Positions 20,569 to 30,974 are shown, numbered from the stretch's first letter. The stretch is DNA of 64,000 nt from Acidimicrobiia bacterium (GCA_038202885.1 JBBREP010000004.1:15528-79527); one strand, 5' to 3'. Notes: generated by a model from the letters alone, not told the origin. Numbers and translations are program-made.

Positions 20569-21533
20569 CGCTCACCACGGGTAGGTTCTTGGCGATGGCC
20601 AGTCTTCGACCATTTCGATTCGCCGCCGACATGCAGCATCCGATCGCAGGCCGTTCGTGGACTGACTCGGCTCGTGAGCTCGAGGCGCTTGGCTACTCGA
20701 CGCTGTTCGTGCCCGACCACTTCGACGAGGGCTTGGGGCCGATCGCCGCCATGGCCGCGGCCGCGGTGGTCACCACCACCCTGCGCATCGGCGCGCTGGT
20801 GTTCGACTGCGACTTCCGTCATCCGGCTGTACTTGCTCGTGAACTCGCGACGATCGACCAGCTGTCGGAGGGGCGACTTGAAGTCGGTCTCGGCGCGGGA
20901 TGGAAACGAATCGATTATGAGCGGTCCGGCATTCCGATGGACGCGCCCAAGGTTCGTGTCGATCGCATGATCGAGCACACACGTGTGTTGCAGGGGCTGT
21001 TCGGCGCAACGCCGTTCACCTTTCACGGCGAGCACTACCAGATCACCGAGCTCGACGGCACTCCGAAGCCGTATCGCCCGGAAGGCCCACCGTTCCTTAT
21101 TGGTGGCGGCGCGCCGCGAGTGCTGCGATTCGCAGCGCGCGAGGCCGACATCGTGGGCGTCAACGCCTCGATCCACTCGGGCCAGGTCGACACCGCGGCG
21201 GCGCACGACGCGCTCCCTGCGAGTATCGACGAAAAGGTGGCCTGGGTACGCGCCGCGGCGGGCGAGCGCCTTGCGGACCTCGAGATCAACGCGTGGTTGT
21301 CCGTGGCGGCGGTCACCGACGATGCCGCAGGGCTTGCCGAGGCGCTCTCCGGCGTGTTCGCCGCCAGCCCCGACGAGGTGTTGGGTTCGCCGCTCACGCT
21401 CATTGGGTCGTTGCCCGAGATCGTGGATCGCCTCCAGGAACGGCGAGAACGTTGGGGGTACTCGTATCACGTGATCCCGCACGACAAGCTCGTCGAATTC
21501 GGGCCGGTCGTCGCCGCACTTGCCGGGGGCTGA
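20565..21533 (+). CDS. LLM-class F420-dependent oxidoreductase
   Basis: 'LGYSTLFVPDHF', 'LSEGRLEVGLGAGW', 'FTFHGEHYQ' luciferase-like motifs. A GTG start overlaps the SDR stop; the alternative ATG is at 20595. Confidence 0.8.
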   Translation: MTLTTGRFLAMASLRPFRFAADMQHPIAGRSWTDSARELEALGYSTLFVPDHFDEGLGPIAAMAAAAVVTTTLRIGALVFDCDFRHPAVLARELATIDQLSEGRLEVGLGAGWKRIDYERSGIPMDAPKVRVDRMIEHTRVLQGLFGATPFTFHGEHYQITELDGTPKPYRPEGPPFLIGGGAPRVLRFAAREADIVGVNASIHSGQVDTAAAHDALPASIDEKVAWVRAAAGERLADLEINAWLSVAAVTDDAAGLAEALSGVFAASPDEVLGSPLTLIGSLPEIVDRLQERRERWGYSYHVIPHDKLVEFGPVVAALAGG

Positions 21534-21695
21534 ATCGCGTCTATTGATGCATGACAACCCGCTTGGATGAGCCGGTATTTTGTTTGAGCCGGTGATTGTC
21601 CGCGAACGTTCGTCGCCACGCGATGATGCGGCATTGCTCCTAATCTCTGCTAACTTCGTGAGCGCTCGTGGGGATCCAGCCATCCCAGAAAGTAG

Positions 21696-22109
21696 ATGTC
21701 TATGCCCCGTAAGAGCACGAAGATGACCGACGCGCACAAGGCTGCGCTGGCGGCCGGACGTGAACAGAGCCGAGCGGTTCGCGATTACCTCGAAGCGTTC
21801 GAGGCCGCCAAGCCCCGCCGCGGTCGCAAGCGCACGCCGGCCTCGATCAAGAAGCGCCTGACCGCGATCGAGAGCGCATTGGCCGACGCCTCGGCGTTGC
21901 AGCGTCTCCTTCTGACTCAGGAGCGGACCGACCTCGAGTACGAACTCGAGACGATCAGCGAAGGCGTCGATCTCACGTCGTACGAAAAGGGCTTCGTCAA
22001 GCACGCCCGCGCGTACGCAGAGACGAAGGGCATCACCTACGCCACGTTCCGCAGCGTCGGTGTTCCACCCGAGGTGCTCCAGCGCGCTGGTATCACCCGC
22101 GGAATGTGA
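21696..22109 (+). CDS. hypothetical protein
   Basis: 137-aa ORF after a 160-bp AT-richer intergenic region. No recognisable domain. The start may be at 21723. Confidence 0.45.
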   Translation: MSMPRKSTKMTDAHKAALAAGREQSRAVRDYLEAFEAAKPRRGRKRTPASIKKRLTAIESALADASALQRLLLTQERTDLEYELETISEGVDLTSYEKGFVKHARAYAETKGITYATFRSVGVPPEVLQRAGITRGM

Positions 22110-22320
22110 CCGACCGCCGCGAGCGCGGCGACCGGTCACCGAGAAGGGCAAGTTGGTTCTTGCGGCATGGAGTTCCCGAGCGGAGCGACACGCCATGAGA
22201 ATGCGCCGCACGGCGCGTCACGGGCAGTGAGTGTTATGACTTGTCGAATGGCTTGCCATCGGCGCCGAGGTACTACCAGTTGTTACCGAGGCCTTGCCCG
22301 TTGACGTTGCCGGGCGGAAG

Positions 22321-23136
22321 TCAACCCATCTTGGGAAGGTTCGCCTCGAGTTGCCCCGACACCATGGCGCCGAGGAAACCGCCATCGACGTGGAGTGATT
22401 CACCGGCGATGTAGCTCGAACGGGGGCTGTTGAGGTACAGCAGCGGCCACGCCTGTTCCTCTGCGGTCGAGCGCCGCCCCGAAGGGCCGACGAACGCGTC
22501 GATCAGGTCCTTGCCGTTCTCGTTCTCGAAGAACGGCATCATCGCTGTATCGGTCGGTCCGGGATTCGTGCAGTTCAAACGGATGCCCTGCTTGATGAGC
22601 GCCGACGCACGCCATGCGACCCATGCATTGATGGCCTTCTTGGAAAAGAGATAGCCCGGCGCGATCAACTTCGGATTGGCCTCGCACCACGCCTTGGCCT
22701 CTGCGAAGTCGGTCATCGTCACAAAAGCCAGCAACGTAGCGATCTCGTTTTGCCAACCGAGCCCGGCGTTTGACGCCACGCATACCGCGGCAGATCCGGC
22801 CGGCATCTTGGGTACGAGTGCATCAATGAGATACCGCGCGCCGATGAAGTTCACGGTGACGGTGTCGACGTCCGAGAACGGCGGACCGGGAAGGCCAGCC
22901 ACGCTGAAGACGCCGTCGACCGGAGCGTCGATCGAAGCCACGACGGCGTCGATCGACGACCGATCGCGCAGGTCGATCGTCTGTGATGTGGCGCCGGCGA
23001 GTTCCGTCGGCTTCACGTCGAGTGCGGTGACGTGCGCGCCGAGCTCGATGAGCAACGCTGCGGTCGCGGCACCCATGCCCGATGCCGCGCCGGTGACGAG
23101 CACTCGCTTGCCGGCATAACCCAAGACGTCGTCCAC
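22321..23136 (-). CDS. SDR-family oxidoreductase
   Basis: 'GKRVLVTGAASGMGAA' Rossmann motif, 271 aa. Confidence 0.85.
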   Translation of the reverse strand: MDDVLGYAGKRVLVTGAASGMGAATAALLIELGAHVTALDVKPTELAGATSQTIDLRDRSSIDAVVASIDAPVDGVFSVAGLPGPPFSDVDTVTVNFIGARYLIDALVPKMPAGSAAVCVASNAGLGWQNEIATLLAFVTMTDFAEAKAWCEANPKLIAPGYLFSKKAINAWVAWRASALIKQGIRLNCTNPGPTDTAMMPFFENENGKDLIDAFVGPSGRRSTAEEQAWPLLYLNSPRSSYIAGESLHVDGGFLGAMVSGQLEANLPKMG

Positions 23137-23211
23137 GTGTGGACTCCTTTGTTCGCATTCGCCCGCACGTCCGTGCGACGCGGAGCGTGCATCGTCGCGG
23201 CCTCGGGGCCT

Positions 23212-25806
23212 TTACGCAAACCCGAGGCCGGTCACTGCCACGTCGGCGAAGGTGTCATGCACTTCGAGGCGCTGCCTGCGCACCAGCCATCGTGCGAGGT
23301 CGCGCTCGGGAATCGGCCGACTCAGGTGGTAGCCCTGCGCCTCGTCGCAGCCGAGCAACATGAGCTGCTCCCAGGTGAGCCGGTCTTCGACGCCCTCGGC
23401 GACCACGGTGAGGCCGAGGTTGTGACCGAGGTCGATGATCGCCTTGACGATTCCGGGGTCACCGTCGGGCGATGCGAGGCGTTGCACGAACCGTTGGTCG
23501 ATCTTGACCTCTTGCACCGGCAACGTGTGCAGGTACGCGAGCGACGAGTATCCGGTGCCGAAGTCGTCGACCGACAGGCGCACGCCGAGTTCGTGCAGCG
23601 CTGTGATGATGGCCCGCGCCCGACTGAGTTCGAGCACGCCCGACTCGGTGATCTCGAGTGTCACCTGCTCGGCCGGAACGACACGACGGGTCAGCATCTC
23701 GCGGAGGCGTTCGGGGAACTTCATGTCGACGAGGCAGGTCGCCGAGACGTTCACGGCCACGCCGATGGGCGCGCCGAGCGACCGCCAGTGTGCGCAATCG
23801 AGCAACGCCCGGTCGAGGACGTAGTCGGTGAGTTGGCCGATGAGTCCGTTCTGCTCCGCCACCGAAATGAACTCCGATGGTGCGATGAGCCCGTACTCCT
23901 CGTGCTGCCAGCGCGCGAGGGCCTCAGCGCCGACGATCGCACCATCGAGGCGCGCCTTTGGCTGGTAGTAGACGACAATGTCGCCTCGCTCCATGGCCGC
24001 GCGCATCGAACTCGCGAATTCGAGTCGCTCGAGCGAGTGTGGGTCTTGCGTCGGGTCATACAGCTGCACGCCACTCTTGGTGCGTTTGGCCTCGTACATG
24101 GCGACATCAGCCCGTTGGAGCAAGAGCGACGACTCGGCGCCGTCTTCGGGCGCGAGCGCGATCCCGATACTCGACTGGATCTCGATGACGACGTCGCCGA
24201 CGCGCACCGGGAGATCGAGCGCGCCGCGGATCGCGTCGGCGACGTTGACGGCGTCGCCGGCGATCGTTACCGCCGGTAACAGCACCGCGAACTCATCGCC
24301 GCCAAAGCGGGCCACGGTCGCGGTCTCGTCGATGCTCTGGTGAACTCGGCGCGCGACCTCTTGCAGGAGCACGTCACCGGAAAAGTGCCCGAGCGTGTCG
24401 TTCACCTCCTTGAAGCGGTCGAGGTCCATGAGTAACACCCCGACCATCGGCGCGCCGTCGTTGAAGCCTCGGGTTTCCGCGGCGGCGAGGGAATGATCGA
24501 GCCGGCGGAGGAACTCGGTGCGGTTCGGCAGGCCCGTCAGCGCGTCGTGCAAGGCCTGGAACTCACGTTCACGCGCTTCGGTGGTCAGCCGGTCGATCAG
24601 ACGGCTGTTCTCGAGTGCGACGCTCGCGTGGTTCGCGAGCGTTTCGACGAGCATGCCGTCGTGTTCGTCGAACGTGCTTGTCTCACCGATGCGTTCGCCG
24701 AGGACGAGCACGCCAACCACGCTGCCATCGCCCTGGAGCGGTGCCACGACGTAGTCCCGCACTTGCAACGTCTCTCGCAGACTGACCTCGTGCGCATCGT
24801 TCGCCCAGCGGGCGACCACCGCAACCGATCGCCGCGTCACGGCCTCACGCACAATCGGTTCGGCGAGGATCGCGCCCGTTCGGTCGGGGCGGATCTCGAG
24901 CTCACGCGAGCCTCGGAGCTCGCAGAACACCGTCTCGCCGGTCCCATCGTCACTGGCGAGCAGCACGATGAGCGCGTACTCGACGCGCATCAGTTGGCGG
25001 GCCTGTTGAAGCACGCGTTCCATCACGATCGGCGCCGAGTTGCCGCTGCCGATGGCCCTTGTGAAGTCGTGGAACAGTTGCAGCCGTTCGAAGCGGCGTT
25101 GCAGCGACGTGTAGCTGCGGTACGCCATCGAAAGGTTGCACGCGACCACGCCCAGGAGAAGCAATGCCAGCCACGATCGTTCGACGATCATCGCGACGAG
25201 CAGTGCGATCGTGGTGTTCGTGACCGCGGTGAACGCGCCCGCGAGCAGGACTTGGCGGGCACTCGCGACCGCACCGTGCCAGCGAATCGCAAGAAAAACC
25301 GCGCCGATGCTCACGACATCGGCACCAGCGATGGCGACGATCATCGCGAACCACACCACGGGCGAGTCGACGGGTCGACCGTGGGCGATCCATTGCAACA
25401 ACGCCAGTGCCGCGACGCACTCCGCGAGGAACATGCTCAAGTTGAAGAAGACTTTGTGGAGTCGCGTACGTTCGTCGAGCAGCAGGTAGACCAGCTCGCC
25501 CACCATGCGCGCCACAATCAGGCCGAGTGGTGAGGCGAAGAGCAGTCCGAGCACGAGCGGTGCTTCGCTGAACGTGAACGTGTGCGTCTCGTGGTCGATT
25601 TCGAGGTGGAATTTGAGCGTCTCGGCGAGGGCGAATCCGACTGCGAGCGCCCACCACGCAACGGGATGACGTGGTGTCGACAAGTGCGGGGCGAGCGGCA
25701 CGAGTGCCGCAAGCGAGACCGCGCTCAACGCCGCGCCGAGAGCGATGGTGTTGCGTTCGGCCCGTCGCCGCGCGTGCTCGCGGCGTTGCATTTGGTCTGT
25801 GCCCAT
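23212..25806 (-). CDS. membrane-anchored GAF-GGDEF-EAL protein (c-di-GMP cyclase/phosphodiesterase)
   Basis: Multi-TM N-terminus, 'RFGGDEFAVLL' (GGDEF), 'EALARW', 'YYQPK', 'DDFGTGYSSLAYL' (EAL). Start trimmed to the ATG at 25806 with GGTGGGA upstream. Confidence 0.9.
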   Translation of the reverse strand: MGTDQMQRREHARRRAERNTIALGAALSAVSLAALVPLAPHLSTPRHPVAWWALAVGFALAETLKFHLEIDHETHTFTFSEAPLVLGLLFASPLGLIVARMVGELVYLLLDERTRLHKVFFNLSMFLAECVAALALLQWIAHGRPVDSPVVWFAMIVAIAGADVVSIGAVFLAIRWHGAVASARQVLLAGAFTAVTNTTIALLVAMIVERSWLALLLLGVVACNLSMAYRSYTSLQRRFERLQLFHDFTRAIGSGNSAPIVMERVLQQARQLMRVEYALIVLLASDDGTGETVFCELRGSRELEIRPDRTGAILAEPIVREAVTRRSVAVVARWANDAHEVSLRETLQVRDYVVAPLQGDGSVVGVLVLGERIGETSTFDEHDGMLVETLANHASVALENSRLIDRLTTEAREREFQALHDALTGLPNRTEFLRRLDHSLAAAETRGFNDGAPMVGVLLMDLDRFKEVNDTLGHFSGDVLLQEVARRVHQSIDETATVARFGGDEFAVLLPAVTIAGDAVNVADAIRGALDLPVRVGDVVIEIQSSIGIALAPEDGAESSLLLQRADVAMYEAKRTKSGVQLYDPTQDPHSLERLEFASSMRAAMERGDIVVYYQPKARLDGAIVGAEALARWQHEEYGLIAPSEFISVAEQNGLIGQLTDYVLDRALLDCAHWRSLGAPIGVAVNVSATCLVDMKFPERLREMLTRRVVPAEQVTLEITESGVLELSRARAIITALHELGVRLSVDDFGTGYSSLAYLHTLPVQEVKIDQRFVQRLASPDGDPGIVKAIIDLGHNLGLTVVAEGVEDRLTWEQLMLLGCDEAQGYHLSRPIPERDLARWLVRRQRLEVHDTFADVAVTGLGFA

Positions 25807-26064
25807 GGTTCCCACCTTGTGTGAGCAAAACATCGGCGGGCCTACGCGCGTGCCCAATGGCACATTCGACCTGGTCCATTCGGTTGACGTATTGACGCTG
25901 CGGGCAGGTGTGCTCAGGATCAGCCCGACAACAAACCCCGCGGCTGGCAGCAGTTCCAGTGTGGACGAGGTGTTGATTCGCAGGCGTGAACTGGTCGCCT
26001 GAGCCTGCGGGGAGCCAGTGGCGAAACCGGCGTCCGGCCGCACAACTGGAACAGGAGCATCATC

Positions 26065-26295
26065 ATGGGCAACCTTCTCCGCGGCGTTCGCCGCGCCGCT
26101 GTCTCGCTCTGTCTCATCGCCGCCGCCGGCGGGATGGCCGCGGCCTCGGGCGCGGGTGCGCACCGCGAGGCTGGCATCAAGTGGAACCTCGTGCAGGTCA
26201 TACCGCGAACGCCCGCCACGACGTCATCGCCGGCGCCGGGCACCCTGAACAAGCCGCGGCCGATCGCGTCGACGAAGGGCATTCGCTGGTCCTAG
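26065..26295 (+). CDS. small predicted secreted protein (signal peptide plus 44-aa mature part)
   Basis: AGGAGC sits 6 nt before the ATG. 'MGNLLRGVRRAAVSLCLIAAAGGMAAASGAGA' looks like a signal peptide. 84 nt upstream of the large membrane protein gene. Confidence 0.35.
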   Translation: MGNLLRGVRRAAVSLCLIAAAGGMAAASGAGAHREAGIKWNLVQVIPRTPATTSSPAPGTLNKPRPIASTKGIRWS

Positions 26296-26378
26296 TGAGC
26301 CATAGCTGAACGTTGGCCCACCTCATAGGTGCGTGATACTGGTGGGGTGATCGCTTCTGGCCGGGATAGCTGCGCGCT

Positions 26379-27980
26379 GTGACGGCCGCGATCGCCCCGA
26401 CGGCCCACGAGATTCGTGTCGGTCGCCGCACCATCGCGGTGATCGGGCCGACAACGCGCGATCCGCGGATGTGGATCGCGATCGTGATCACGTCGCTCCA
26501 AGTGCTGGGTCAGACGCTGCTGCACTTCGATGTGTCGATCGCCCAGATCCTCGTGTCGATTGGAACGTGCGCGCTCATCGAACTGGTGGTGACTGCACGG
26601 CGGACGCACGCGATCGTGTGGCCCGCAAGCGCGATGCTCACGGGCAACGGCATCGCATTGTTGTTGCGCATTCCCGGCACGGCCCACGGCGATTGGTGGA
26701 GCCTCCAAGGAGCGTGGATCTATGCCGCGACGGGTGCAGTTGCGTTGGCGTCGAAGTACGTGATCCGTGTGCGCGGCGCCCACATCTTCAACCCGTCGAA
26801 CTTCGGGCTGCTGGTGTGTTTTCTCGTGCTCGGCCCGAAGCGTGTCGAGCCGCTCGACTTCTGGTGGGGCCCGGTGTCGTTCGGTCTCGCGCTCGCGCTC
26901 ACCGTGATCGTTGTCGGCGCGGCGGTGATCCTTTCGAGGATACGGATGTTGCGCGTGGCGATTGCATTCCTCGTACCCTTCGCCGCGGTTCTTGGCTTGG
27001 TCGCCGTGTTCGGGCATTGCATGACCGCGCGTTGGCATGTGGGCGCGTTGTGCGGTGCCAGCTTTTGGTGGATCCTCGCCACGTCGCCCGAGATACTCGT
27101 GTATTGCTGTTTCATGATCACCGATCCCAAGACTGCGCCGCGGGGCGAAGTCAGCCGATTCGTGTACGCCGTGTCGATCGGTGTTGTTGCCGCGCTGCTC
27201 GTCGCGCCGCAACGCACTGAGTATGCGTCGAAGGTCGCGGTGCTCGGCGCGCTGGCATTCGTGTGTGCGTTGCAGCCGTTCGTCGAGCGACTGTTCCCCG
27301 CCGCAGGGAGTGCCGAGGATCGACTGGGCGCCTGGTTCCCCGGCGCGGCGCTTCGACGCCGGCGCTCGCGTGGCCGTCTCGTCGTCGCTGCGATTGCAGG
27401 CGTCGCGCTCGTTGGCGGCGCGGCCTACGGCGCGGGAGTCCCCGCGCGTTCGGGCCGCGTGGTGTTGTCGGATCGTGTCGCGAGTGGCGGCGGGCGTCCG
27501 GGGCTTGTGCGTACACCGCACGTGCCTTCGGTGCGTGTGGTGCACGATCGCATGTCGTCGCAGATCGATGCCAAGACCGCGCGAGCGATCGCGCACGACG
27601 TTGCCGAGGATCTTGTGATCCAGCAGGAGGCGTTGCGTCGACGGGCGGCACCGTTGGCGATCGAAGCGGCCGATCGTGCGTGGGTCGAACGTTTGCTGCA
27701 CGAGATCTCGTCGCATCGCACCTCGTCGATCACCGTGCCCGAGTACGAGGCTGAACGCATGGTGATCTCGGTGGGATTGCGCCCTGGGCAGGCTGCTCCT
27801 GCGGTACTCGTGACCATGCGGGTACGCGCGCGAGACGTCACCTACGACTCGGGCGGCCACCAGACGGACGCGACGGCGATGCGGTCTGCGGTGCTCACGT
27901 GGGAAGCGTGGTGGTCGGGCGAGCACTACCTCTTGGTGTCGAACGTCGTTCCGCCCCGCTGGCACCGCCCCGCGATCTAA
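26379..27980 (+). CDS. polytopic integral membrane protein with a C-terminal soluble domain, unknown function
   Basis: Eight or more predicted TM helices, conserved-looking 'FNPSNFGLL' and 'ITDPKTAP'. The antisense ORF 26292..28022 is judged spurious. Confidence 0.6.
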   Translation: MTAAIAPTAHEIRVGRRTIAVIGPTTRDPRMWIAIVITSLQVLGQTLLHFDVSIAQILVSIGTCALIELVVTARRTHAIVWPASAMLTGNGIALLLRIPGTAHGDWWSLQGAWIYAATGAVALASKYVIRVRGAHIFNPSNFGLLVCFLVLGPKRVEPLDFWWGPVSFGLALALTVIVVGAAVILSRIRMLRVAIAFLVPFAAVLGLVAVFGHCMTARWHVGALCGASFWWILATSPEILVYCCFMITDPKTAPRGEVSRFVYAVSIGVVAALLVAPQRTEYASKVAVLGALAFVCALQPFVERLFPAAGSAEDRLGAWFPGAALRRRRSRGRLVVAAIAGVALVGGAAYGAGVPARSGRVVLSDRVASGGGRPGLVRTPHVPSVRVVHDRMSSQIDAKTARAIAHDVAEDLVIQQEALRRRAAPLAIEAADRAWVERLLHEISSHRTSSITVPEYEAERMVISVGLRPGQAAPAVLVTMRVRARDVTYDSGGHQTDATAMRSAVLTWEAWWSGEHYLLVSNVVPPRWHRPAI

Positions 27981-28134
27981 CCCAAGCTCGCGATTCGAGG
28001 CGTGTCGCGCAATATCGGTCATTTCCGGCGCGTTCGGAGCGTCGAGTGCTCGCTGAACGTCCAGGTCAGAGCGTCGCGATGCCGTCTCTACAGAATCTTC
28101 GAATCTCGTTGTCCGGTGTGTCGTACTAGAAGCA

Positions 28135-29361
28135 GTGCGGGGTCCTATCGTCGAGAAGGTGACCAGCCTCTGGGAGCGTCCCGGGTACGGCTTTCGTGCC
28201 GACGCCGTAGCTCCCGTATCGATTGAATCCTTCGGCGACCCGCAGCGTTATGCGCGCGAGCAGGCGACGATCCTGCGACCGGGCGCCGGCCTGCTGTACC
28301 TGGGCCACGATGTGCTCCTGCCGGGGAAGGGCTACCGCCGCGCCGATGGCGATTCCCGGGTCCTGCTGACCCGCGATGAAGACGGGATCGTGCGGGCGCT
28401 CGCGAACCTGTGCACGCACACGTTGCGCCCGATCGCGAGCACCGATGAGTTGGTCGACCGTTCGTGCATCACGTGCCCGTTCCACCAGTGGTCGTTCCGC
28501 CGTGACGGCACCCTCATCGGCGGGCGCGACATCACGTTCGGGAGTGGCGCCGAAGCCGAGGCGGCCAAGGAATTGTTGTCGCTTGCGCAGTTTGAGCTGA
28601 TCTCGTGGCACGGTTTCCACTTCGCGATCGATCCGGCGCGGCGCGCTGAGTACGACGCCGATTTCGCGAGGATCGACGCCGACTTTGCCGAGCGCGGGCT
28701 TTCGGAGCATCTCGACTTCGATGGCTGGACCGTCTACGCCACCGACGACGCGCCGTACCGCGCGGACTGGAAGACCTTCCTCGAGGTGTTCGGCGACTGC
28801 TATCACGTGCCGCCGTATCACTCGGGTCTCGCGTCGTTCACGGACTGCGACACGCTCGATTGGGCGTTCGGGCCGAACTTCCATGTGCAGTTCCTCGACC
28901 TCCACGAAGATCGCGGCGGCGGCTCAGCGATGTACAAGACGTGGGTCGACGGCCTTGAGCGTTATCACGAAGCGCGCGGCGAAGCGATGGGCGAGTTCGC
29001 GGTGGCGTGGCTCGGGATTTATCCCAACATCATGATCGAGCTCTACCAGGGCTTGCGCGTGCTGTCGATCGTCATCCCGACGGGGCCTGATACGCATGTG
29101 AACCGGGCCCATTACTGCGTGCCGACCGACATGGAGATGCACGTGCCGGGCCTCCCCGCGGCGATGAAGACGGCATTCGACGAGACGGGCGCCGAAGATG
29201 CGGTGCTCATCGAGAGCCGCTACGAGGGCATCCAGGTGGCGCGGTCTCTGGGGCTCGACGTGGCGCCGTACCACGTGAATCTCACTGGGTTGGCGCCCGA
29301 GGCCGGCACCGCGCACTTCTACGACTGGTATCACCGCGAGATGGGCGAAGCCTCGCGCTGA
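28135..29361 (+). CDS. Rieske [2Fe-2S] non-heme-iron oxygenase, alpha subunit-type
   Basis: Rieske 'CTHTLRP...CPFHQW' and mononuclear Fe site 'DCYHVPPYH' (DxxHxxxxH). No adjacent beta subunit or reductase. Confidence 0.85.
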   Translation: MRGPIVEKVTSLWERPGYGFRADAVAPVSIESFGDPQRYAREQATILRPGAGLLYLGHDVLLPGKGYRRADGDSRVLLTRDEDGIVRALANLCTHTLRPIASTDELVDRSCITCPFHQWSFRRDGTLIGGRDITFGSGAEAEAAKELLSLAQFELISWHGFHFAIDPARRAEYDADFARIDADFAERGLSEHLDFDGWTVYATDDAPYRADWKTFLEVFGDCYHVPPYHSGLASFTDCDTLDWAFGPNFHVQFLDLHEDRGGGSAMYKTWVDGLERYHEARGEAMGEFAVAWLGIYPNIMIELYQGLRVLSIVIPTGPDTHVNRAHYCVPTDMEMHVPGLPAAMKTAFDETGAEDAVLIESRYEGIQVARSLGLDVAPYHVNLTGLAPEAGTAHFYDWYHREMGEASR

Positions 29362-30863
29362 ACGTACGTCGGGATGCGCCACGCCACGATCGCGCCCGCG
29401 AATGCGATGAGAACCGGTACCGGGTACGCGAGCACGATGCCGGTGCGTGGCGTCCAGCCGCGTATGTCGGCGAGGCGGATGCACGCGCCACCGATCCCTG
29501 TCGTGATGGCGACGAAGAGGTTTTCGGTGACCGCGAGCGCGCCGCTGGCGTCACCCTGGCGTGCGGGGTCGGCGAGCGCGAGCATCGCGACCGAGACCGC
29601 CGAAAAGCCAAGGCCCATGCCGAAGCTCGCCAGCCCGAAGGCGACGATCGCGAACGCGATCGGTACCGACGGCGATGTTCCGACGATCAACCCGGTGCCA
29701 CCAAGACCGATCATCACGAGCCCACTCGATACGATCGATCGCGGCGTCGCCCGCCGGTAGAGACGCTCCTGTGCCCACGAACCGGCGGTCCACGCGACCA
29801 CGCCCGTCGCGAGCGCGAGCGCAGTGATGTTGAGCGACTTGCCGCGCACGTCGCTCACCAGGTGCGGTAGGAACGCGTCCAGGCCGAACAGCGCAAACAT
29901 CTGGAACGCGCGTACGGCGATCGTGACGGGCAGGCCGCGCCGCAACGTCAAGGTGCCCGCGGGTACAAGCCGCGCGTAGGCGCGTGCCGCAATGACGGCG
30001 CCGACGGCCACGAACGCGATCGCGAGTGGGAGCGCGACTCCGCCGGTGCCGACAAACACGATGCCCACGCCGAACACGACGGCGATCGCGGCGCGGCGTC
30101 GGTCTCCCGCCGCCGACTCCGGCTGCGTTGTCGCGGGCGTTGGCGTGTGCCGTTCGAGCGAGCGCAGCGCGATGAGCGTCGCGAGACCGGCCGGTACCGC
30201 GAGCGGCACCAACAGGAGAAACACCCAACGCCAACCGAGCGTGTTCGTGATGAACGCGCTCAACACCGGGCCAACGATGCCGGGAATGACCCATGCGCTC
30301 GACATGATCGCGAACACGCGGGGACGCAGTTCGGGCGGGTAGCCGCGGCCGACCACGACGTACGCGATCGCAGGGATGGCACCCCCGCCGAGACCCTGCA
30401 CGAAGCGTGCGACGACGAGTAACCACATCGCCGGTGCCGTCCCGGCGGCGACGAGTCCGAGGCTGAACACGACCATGCCGATCGCGAACGGCCGCGAGGG
30501 ACCGTGGCGGTCGGCGCTGCTGCCGGCAAGCACCGAACCGAGCAGGGTGCCGAGCATGTAGGCACTGAAGACCCAACCGTACAGCGCCAAACCGTGGAGT
30601 TCGTCTTTGATCTTGGGCAGGGCCGTCGACACCGCGAGCGCTTCGAACCCCACGAGCGTGACGGTCAGCACAAGGCCAGTCGTCAGGATGTTCCTGCCTC
30701 CTGCGCCTACTTTGCTACTGGCTCGCTTGGGCTTTCGGCCAACCAGCTTCCCGGAAGGGCCTTCGCGTCGCTCACTGTCCGGCGCTGCGAGCGAGCGCTT
30801 GTGCCGGTCCTTTCTGTTTGAGGCTGTGCGGTCGCGGCCTGGAGTGGGGGAGGGTGGTTCCAA
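29331..30863 (-). CDS. MFS transporter
   Basis: 12-14 TM helices, 'GSSADRHGPSRP' MFS loop motif. The true start may lie downstream of 30863; the N-terminus is Arg/Lys-rich. Confidence 0.8.
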   Translation of the reverse strand: MEPPSPTPGRDRTASNRKDRHKRSLAAPDSERREGPSGKLVGRKPKRASSKVGAGGRNILTTGLVLTVTLVGFEALAVSTALPKIKDELHGLALYGWVFSAYMLGTLLGSVLAGSSADRHGPSRPFAIGMVVFSLGLVAAGTAPAMWLLVVARFVQGLGGGAIPAIAYVVVGRGYPPELRPRVFAIMSSAWVIPGIVGPVLSAFITNTLGWRWVFLLLVPLAVPAGLATLIALRSLERHTPTPATTQPESAAGDRRRAAIAVVFGVGIVFVGTGGVALPLAIAFVAVGAVIAARAYARLVPAGTLTLRRGLPVTIAVRAFQMFALFGLDAFLPHLVSDVRGKSLNITALALATGVVAWTAGSWAQERLYRRATPRSIVSSGLVMIGLGGTGLIVGTSPSVPIAFAIVAFGLASFGMGLGFSAVSVAMLALADPARQGDASGALAVTENLFVAITTGIGGACIRLADIRGWTPRTGIVLAYPVPVLIAFAGAIVAWRIPTYVQREASPISR

Positions 30864-30974
30864 GGGTTGGAGGGTATTCGCGTGCGCGGGCGAAATAGTG
30901 GGTACCAGTCAGGGGTTGGCTCGAATGGTTGACTCACTGATGGCCCAGGGTGGGCTGAGAAAAGGGGACTGGTC

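Noticed and set aside
20514-22211. 565-aa antisense ORF overlapping the LLM oxidoreductase and the hypothetical gene
   Set aside because: Arg/Ala/Gly-rich low-complexity translation typical of out-of-frame reading in 70% GC DNA. The opposite strand carries recognisable genes. The same judgement applies to 26292..28022, 33004..34407, 36928..38244, 38100..39278, 53715..55820, 59137..60555 and 62734..63795.
22110-22320. 210-bp gap between the hypothetical gene and the SDR, inspected for a tRNA, sRNA or pseudogene
   Set aside because: No tRNA-like T-arm (GGTTCGAnTCC) or cloverleaf was found, and no convincing coding remnant. It was treated as an ordinary convergent intergenic region.
29331-30863. 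Alternative downstream start for the MFS transporter to remove its 60-aa Arg/Lys-rich N-terminus
   Set aside because: No in-frame ATG/GTG with a convincing SD until within the first TM helix (the GTG in 'GLVLTV'). I kept the full ORF and flagged the start as uncertain.
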